Shown: in pieces, positions 59,531-64,000 of the stretch
Layout: each line of letters begins with the position of its first letter
How positions within the stretch are numbered: the stretch's first letter is position 1
NCBI GenBank assembly: GCA_964035575.1
Contig: OZ037847.1
Location: 310,001 to 374,000 of the forward strand
Direction: 5' to 3'
Origin: Rhynchopus sp. YZ270_cl-10
Taxonomy: Eukaryota
Length of the DNA: 64,000 bases
Notes under the pieces: model-generated
What the model was told of the DNA's origin: nothing
Databases searched by the model: none
What the model saw: only the letters and a program-made list of their open reading frames with translations
Translations under genes and position numbers: made by a program

Positions 59531-60625
59531 CATACAATGCAACGAGGCCGAGTCGGCCTCGCCAAGGCCTGAAAATAAATACTCAGGCGTGCCTGAGGCG
59601 TACTCGGGATTAGTTACGTTTAAGTACGCCTCAGGCACGCCTGAGTATATTTATATTTCTTACCAGCATTTTTGTCATGAACAAAAAAGTATTTCCCCCC
59701 AAATTTTGTGGGTTTCGATTCAGAGGTAGCAAAATCTTTCAAATGCGGGGTCGCACGATGAAAAATGTGCCTCTGGGCCGGGCGAGTCGAAAAAATGAAA
59801 AGGGTTCGCTAAGCCTTGGTGCTGATGATATATATTTTGGTGGTACCTTCGGGTATTTCATTGGTTCAAGAATCATTGGAAACAAATTTCGGGGGTGCTT
59901 TTCGACTGGGTCCCTTCGGGCCCAACTAGATGCAAGACGGAAGAGGCTCATACAAGGCTGGGCCCTCTAACACTAGAGAGATCCCATCGAGATCCCAGAA
60001 TTTTACACAGGCCTCCTTGATCCACAGACCACAGCTCTATTTTTAGTACAACTATGGGGTGACCAAAGGTCTTTTTTACACATACCCGAGGTATGACTCA
60101 TCTTCTGCGAAGCCTCTTTTTAGGAGGCAGTTTACTGTAAGCAGTAACCATGATATTTTTCCACCAAAAATATCTTGCGACCCGCAATTTTCTCAGCAGG
60201 ACACCGAAAGTTGATTTCAGCACATTTCAGGGGGCGGGGGAAATACATGGCATGACTTAGAAACGTGATGACCTGTGCATAATTTTTATATATCAGCAGA
60301 AATATGAAACCGGGTATACTTTCCCCTGATTTTTGGTACAAACTTAAAGTCACGCACTTTTTGCTAAAAAAATTGTCCGACCCCGGACTTTTTTCAGATC
60401 GCTCCGGAAATGGATCAGAGGCCCTTTTTGCGGGGAATAAATACACACCAGGCGCCTGGAACGCAAGTATGCGTTGATATATACTCAGGCGTGCCTGAGG
60501 CGTACTTAAACGTGACTAATCCCGAGTACGCCTCAGGCACGCCTCAGTGACGCCTCAGGCACGCCTCAGATATATTTTCCAGATATGAGTATTTTCAGGC
60601 GTACCCGGCCTCGTTGCATTGTATG
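59531..60625 (+). mobile_element. CATAC...GTATG family, copy 3, 6-bp TSD ATGTAT
   Basis: Colinear with copy 1; TSD at 59525-59530 and 60626-60631. Confidence 0.92.
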
Positions 60626-61039
60626 ATGTATTTGGTGTATTATAAAACTGAAAATTCATAATACACCCATCCCTAGGGTGTGAGGAGGTGGGGGATGGGG
60701 GGAAGGAAATGAATCAGGCTTTTCGTGATAAATACTGGCCGCGTACGTATACGTTTGTTGCTTTTTTTTTGTGGATTTTTTTTCGAAAATGTCGCTTTTG
60801 TAGAAGGGGAAAAAAAAAATGTACACAAAAACCCCCAGACAATACTATCCAACTGATCTTGATAACATTCTCAAGGAAAGATTAGTGTGTGTGTTTTTTT
60901 TTTTCTCGTTGAACGCACCCAAATAGTGGTAGAAATCTATTTGGGCGCAAAAGTGAATAGGAAATACTTTTATACAAGATCTTTATCGGTGGCTTTCGTT
61001 ACAATAGTATCCGGTTTCTTATCACAATGCATAGAAGGA

Positions 61040-61238
61040 CATACTTTGTAGTCCACCTGAGTCCGCCGGAGTCCGCCCTGAGTTGAGACGGACTATGGCG
61101 GACTTTGAAAGTCCGTCTCAAATCCGCCAAAACTCGGGCCGAGTCTGGGCAGACTCAGTCAAAACTCCGTCTCAACTCGGGCGGGGTCTTGGTGGAATTT
61201 TTTTTTTTTGGAGGACTCAGGCGGACTGAAGAAGTATG
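61040..61238. mobile_element. 199-bp CATAC...GTATG MITE (different family), 6-bp TSD GAAGGA
   Basis: Ends CATACTT..AGTCC(A/G)CCTGAGTCC; TSD at 61034-61039 and 61239-61244; AGTCCG subterminal repeats. Confidence 0.85.
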
Positions 61239-61288
61239 GAAGGAGGGGGGAAAAGATGTTGGTCAGATTGATAATCAGTCACCAAATA

Positions 61289-61609
61289 CCGCGTTTGGAA
61301 ATATTATGGACCGAATAAATAAAGAAACAAAATATTATGGACCGAATTAATTATGGTACGTTTGAGGTTTTTGAGTTTCATTTGGTACTTAATTCGGTCC
61401 ATAATGTTTTGGGGGGCAATTTTTTTTGTATTTGTCCCCCGAGGAAAGGGCGAATCTTATTTTTTTGACAAGTACTTTTTTGCCCAGAACGATATGAATC
61501 GAATTAATATTTGGTTCGGGTTATTGTTGGACCGAATTAATTATGGTATGTTTGAAGTTTTTTCGGGACATTTGGTACTTAATTCGATCCATAATATTTC
61601 CAATCGCGG
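61289..61609. mobile_element. 321-bp MITE with TA TSD (Tc1/mariner-type)
   Basis: TIR CCGCG(T/A)TTGGAAATATTATGGA(C/T)CGAAT; TA on both sides. Confidence 0.88.
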
Positions 61610-64000
61610 TAATAAAGGTAGATGATGTACTTTGGCAGCTTTTCCACGCACAAAAATATGTGCAGAAACATGCCCAACGTAGTGGAGAGAAATAACAGCA
61701 ACTCTGGTTCTGGACATAGAGTGCCTTGTACAGACAATCAAGTCTCGGTGTAGGGAGGGGCTTTAACCGTATAGATACGCCCCATAAACGTTGTACACTT
61801 GGTTCAAAGGATTTCAAAAAAAAAAAACTGTAGTTGACTGACCCACGTACGATGCCAGCCATCTGGATGAAAGCGCAAATACCCCGCGGCCTACAGCAGT
61901 TTAAAAATAAATGCGAAGTTCACAAATAGTTTGCACGATGATCCAGCATCGCATGATCACCAGGGTTTTCCTATCTAAAAGCGAAGATTTTTTCATCAAA
62001 TTATCTGGGGGGGAGAAAATTTGAAAGATTTATGGCCGTTTTTGCCATGGTAGGTCTTCAAGAATTTCAATGGATAAAAAGAGGTTGAAAAGTGCAAAAA
62101 AAAAACAACGTCACATACGGGGGAGACGCAGGCACTACATAAAACACGACCAAAAAACCGGGCTGACACTTTACCCAGCCGTTGAACAGAACAGAACAAA
62201 GCAGCTGAAACAAAAAATAAACGGATGATAACTTAGAGAGAGAGACTATGTGTAACACTCTACACAGGCACCGTAAACCCGTAAACCCGCAAAACCTACA
62301 AATTTGCAGGTTTTGTGCGATCAGACACAGACAGAGGTGTATGCGAGTGGGGGAAAAAAAAAGGAATGATTTTTGCTAATCAGATGCCGGCAGTAACACC
62401 TTTTGGTATCTGTAGTTATTAGCTGTTGTTTGCTTCAGCAATAAGGGTAAAGCCGAGACAAGAGAAAAAAATAAAATACTTTGATAATAAAATGTGCTTC
62501 TTGCGCACATCAAACGTAAAGGTTCGCAAGAATAAACTGAAGCCTCATGTGTGCTCAATTATCTTGAAAAAAAATAAATTCATATACAGGGGATGGGAAA
62601 CGTACCGTAAGGTAGCAACAACATTAATGACACTTTTTTTGACGCGCTTATTTTTCCCCAGGGGGTTTTACAGCATTTAGTGAAGCGAATGCACGACGAA
62701 ATCAAATAAAATTTGAAAGATGCCTCTTGTTCACACATCAGTCATCAAAATTTGAGCCCCCCCGGTGGGCGATCATTTTTCTTGAAATAAATTCCCCCCA
62801 CTTACATTCCACTCAGGAGGAGAAGAACATGAGGGTAGAACAACTACTTTCCATTTGGATTTTTCTCGATAAAATGAACATTTCTCGAGGTAAAAAAATA
62901 ATAGTAACAACGTGAGAGACACATGCCGGCAACGTGCACATTTTTTTTCAAAAGAGGGAGCGCAGAAGGACTGTCAGATACAAAAGCCCTTCGGGGCACA
63001 CCTCAAAATAAAAAGGTGATAAAAGTTGTAAGATGAACGGTGCTTCACATGCCTCACTTTCACTGCACACAACACACTTGGTTTTTTTTTAAAATTGACA
63101 CATAGTCCAACTAAAGAGCGTTCTGTACTAAAAAAAAGTCACCCGAAGAGGGGTTAGGGTCGTGCGGCAAAACCAAACCAAAAAACCCCAAAATAGGTGT
63201 TTATGATTCGTGGCACAATCACTCTTCGAAATGACTATTTGGTCCAAACATTCGGGACCAAAAAAAGACAGAAAAAATACTTCTGCACATTTTTACACGA
63301 TATTGAGAGGGGAAAAATATGGAAGACAAATGTGACATCACAAACATTGGATGATGGGATAAAAGGGGGGTGTGAGAAGGGGGGAGGGAAAAGGCAACAA
63401 CAACCTCCCCGAGATGATTCTTCCCAAGGGGGAAAAGCTTTAGAGGGAAGGGCTTTTCATTCCCTTCTTTCTTATTCATTGATTGAAAATCGTGTGGAAT
63501 TTTCTAAAAAAGACTTGTATAGGTCCATATTAATAAAAGGGTGAAGTTGATAACGTCCGGGCACCTCTTGTGGATGCAGGTCCGTAAAAATACCTTGATT
63601 TTCACACAAAGTGAACTGAGGCATAGGGGCACAAAAACTAAAGAGAGAAAAGTGGAACGGTACTGACACTCCATGGGTCATCGATCCGGGGAAAAAGACT
63701 AGTGATTCTTCGCAACGTTTTTGATACAAAAAACAACACATAAACACTGTTTTAAATGGCAGGAATTGCATAAGACTTATAGTGAAGTTGATAGTGCAAA
63801 CGCCTCTGGGGCGCAGGCACTGACACTTAAAACCTTTGGTTATTCTTCTATTAATGAACACCAAATTTGTCGTGACGTTTTTCTTAACTAGAAGCACCCA
63901 TCCCAAATAGAAAGAGCTGAGAGCATGCGCACACCCCCCTGACGAATAACACTAAACACATAACCAATCGTTTGCGCAACTTTTTTCCACACGCAAACCT

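Larger units (their letters stand above)
51517..60675. mobile_element. Putative outer host MITE with AAAATAC-type subterminal repeats, expanded by nested insertions
   Basis: Imperfect TIR TAGGGTTGGCTGTATT vs TAGGGATGGGTGTATT (14/16). Near-TSD GGTGTGGG / GGTGTGAG with a 1-bp offset. All DNA between the inserts is AAAATACATT/AAAATACAATC repeat. Confidence 0.5.

Overview
This is eukaryotic protist DNA, most consistent with a euglenozoan such as a diplonemid (inference). All 12 credible protein genes or pseudogenes lie on the minus strand and carry only short GTAT...CAG introns. The genes are two paralogous large surface proteins (PLAT-like domain, Pro/Thr stalk, multi-TM C-terminus) plus a truncated frameshifted third copy, a multi-cNMP-domain protein, RPF2, a TBC1D5-like RabGAP, a CCDC6-like protein, two near-identical copies of a bacterial-type SnoaL/NTF2-fold gene within a local duplication, and three hypothetical genes. 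Intergenic DNA holds many non-autonomous TIR elements whose ends and target-site duplications (TSDs) can be read directly. These include a ~9 kb nested pile at 51.5-60.7 kb and several CA...TG-ended elements with 6-bp TSDs. At least four families of short dispersed repeats, three with clear hairpins, all share one orientation. I found no transposase, tRNA, rRNA or CRISPR. Functional calls come from motif recognition by eye, not database searches.
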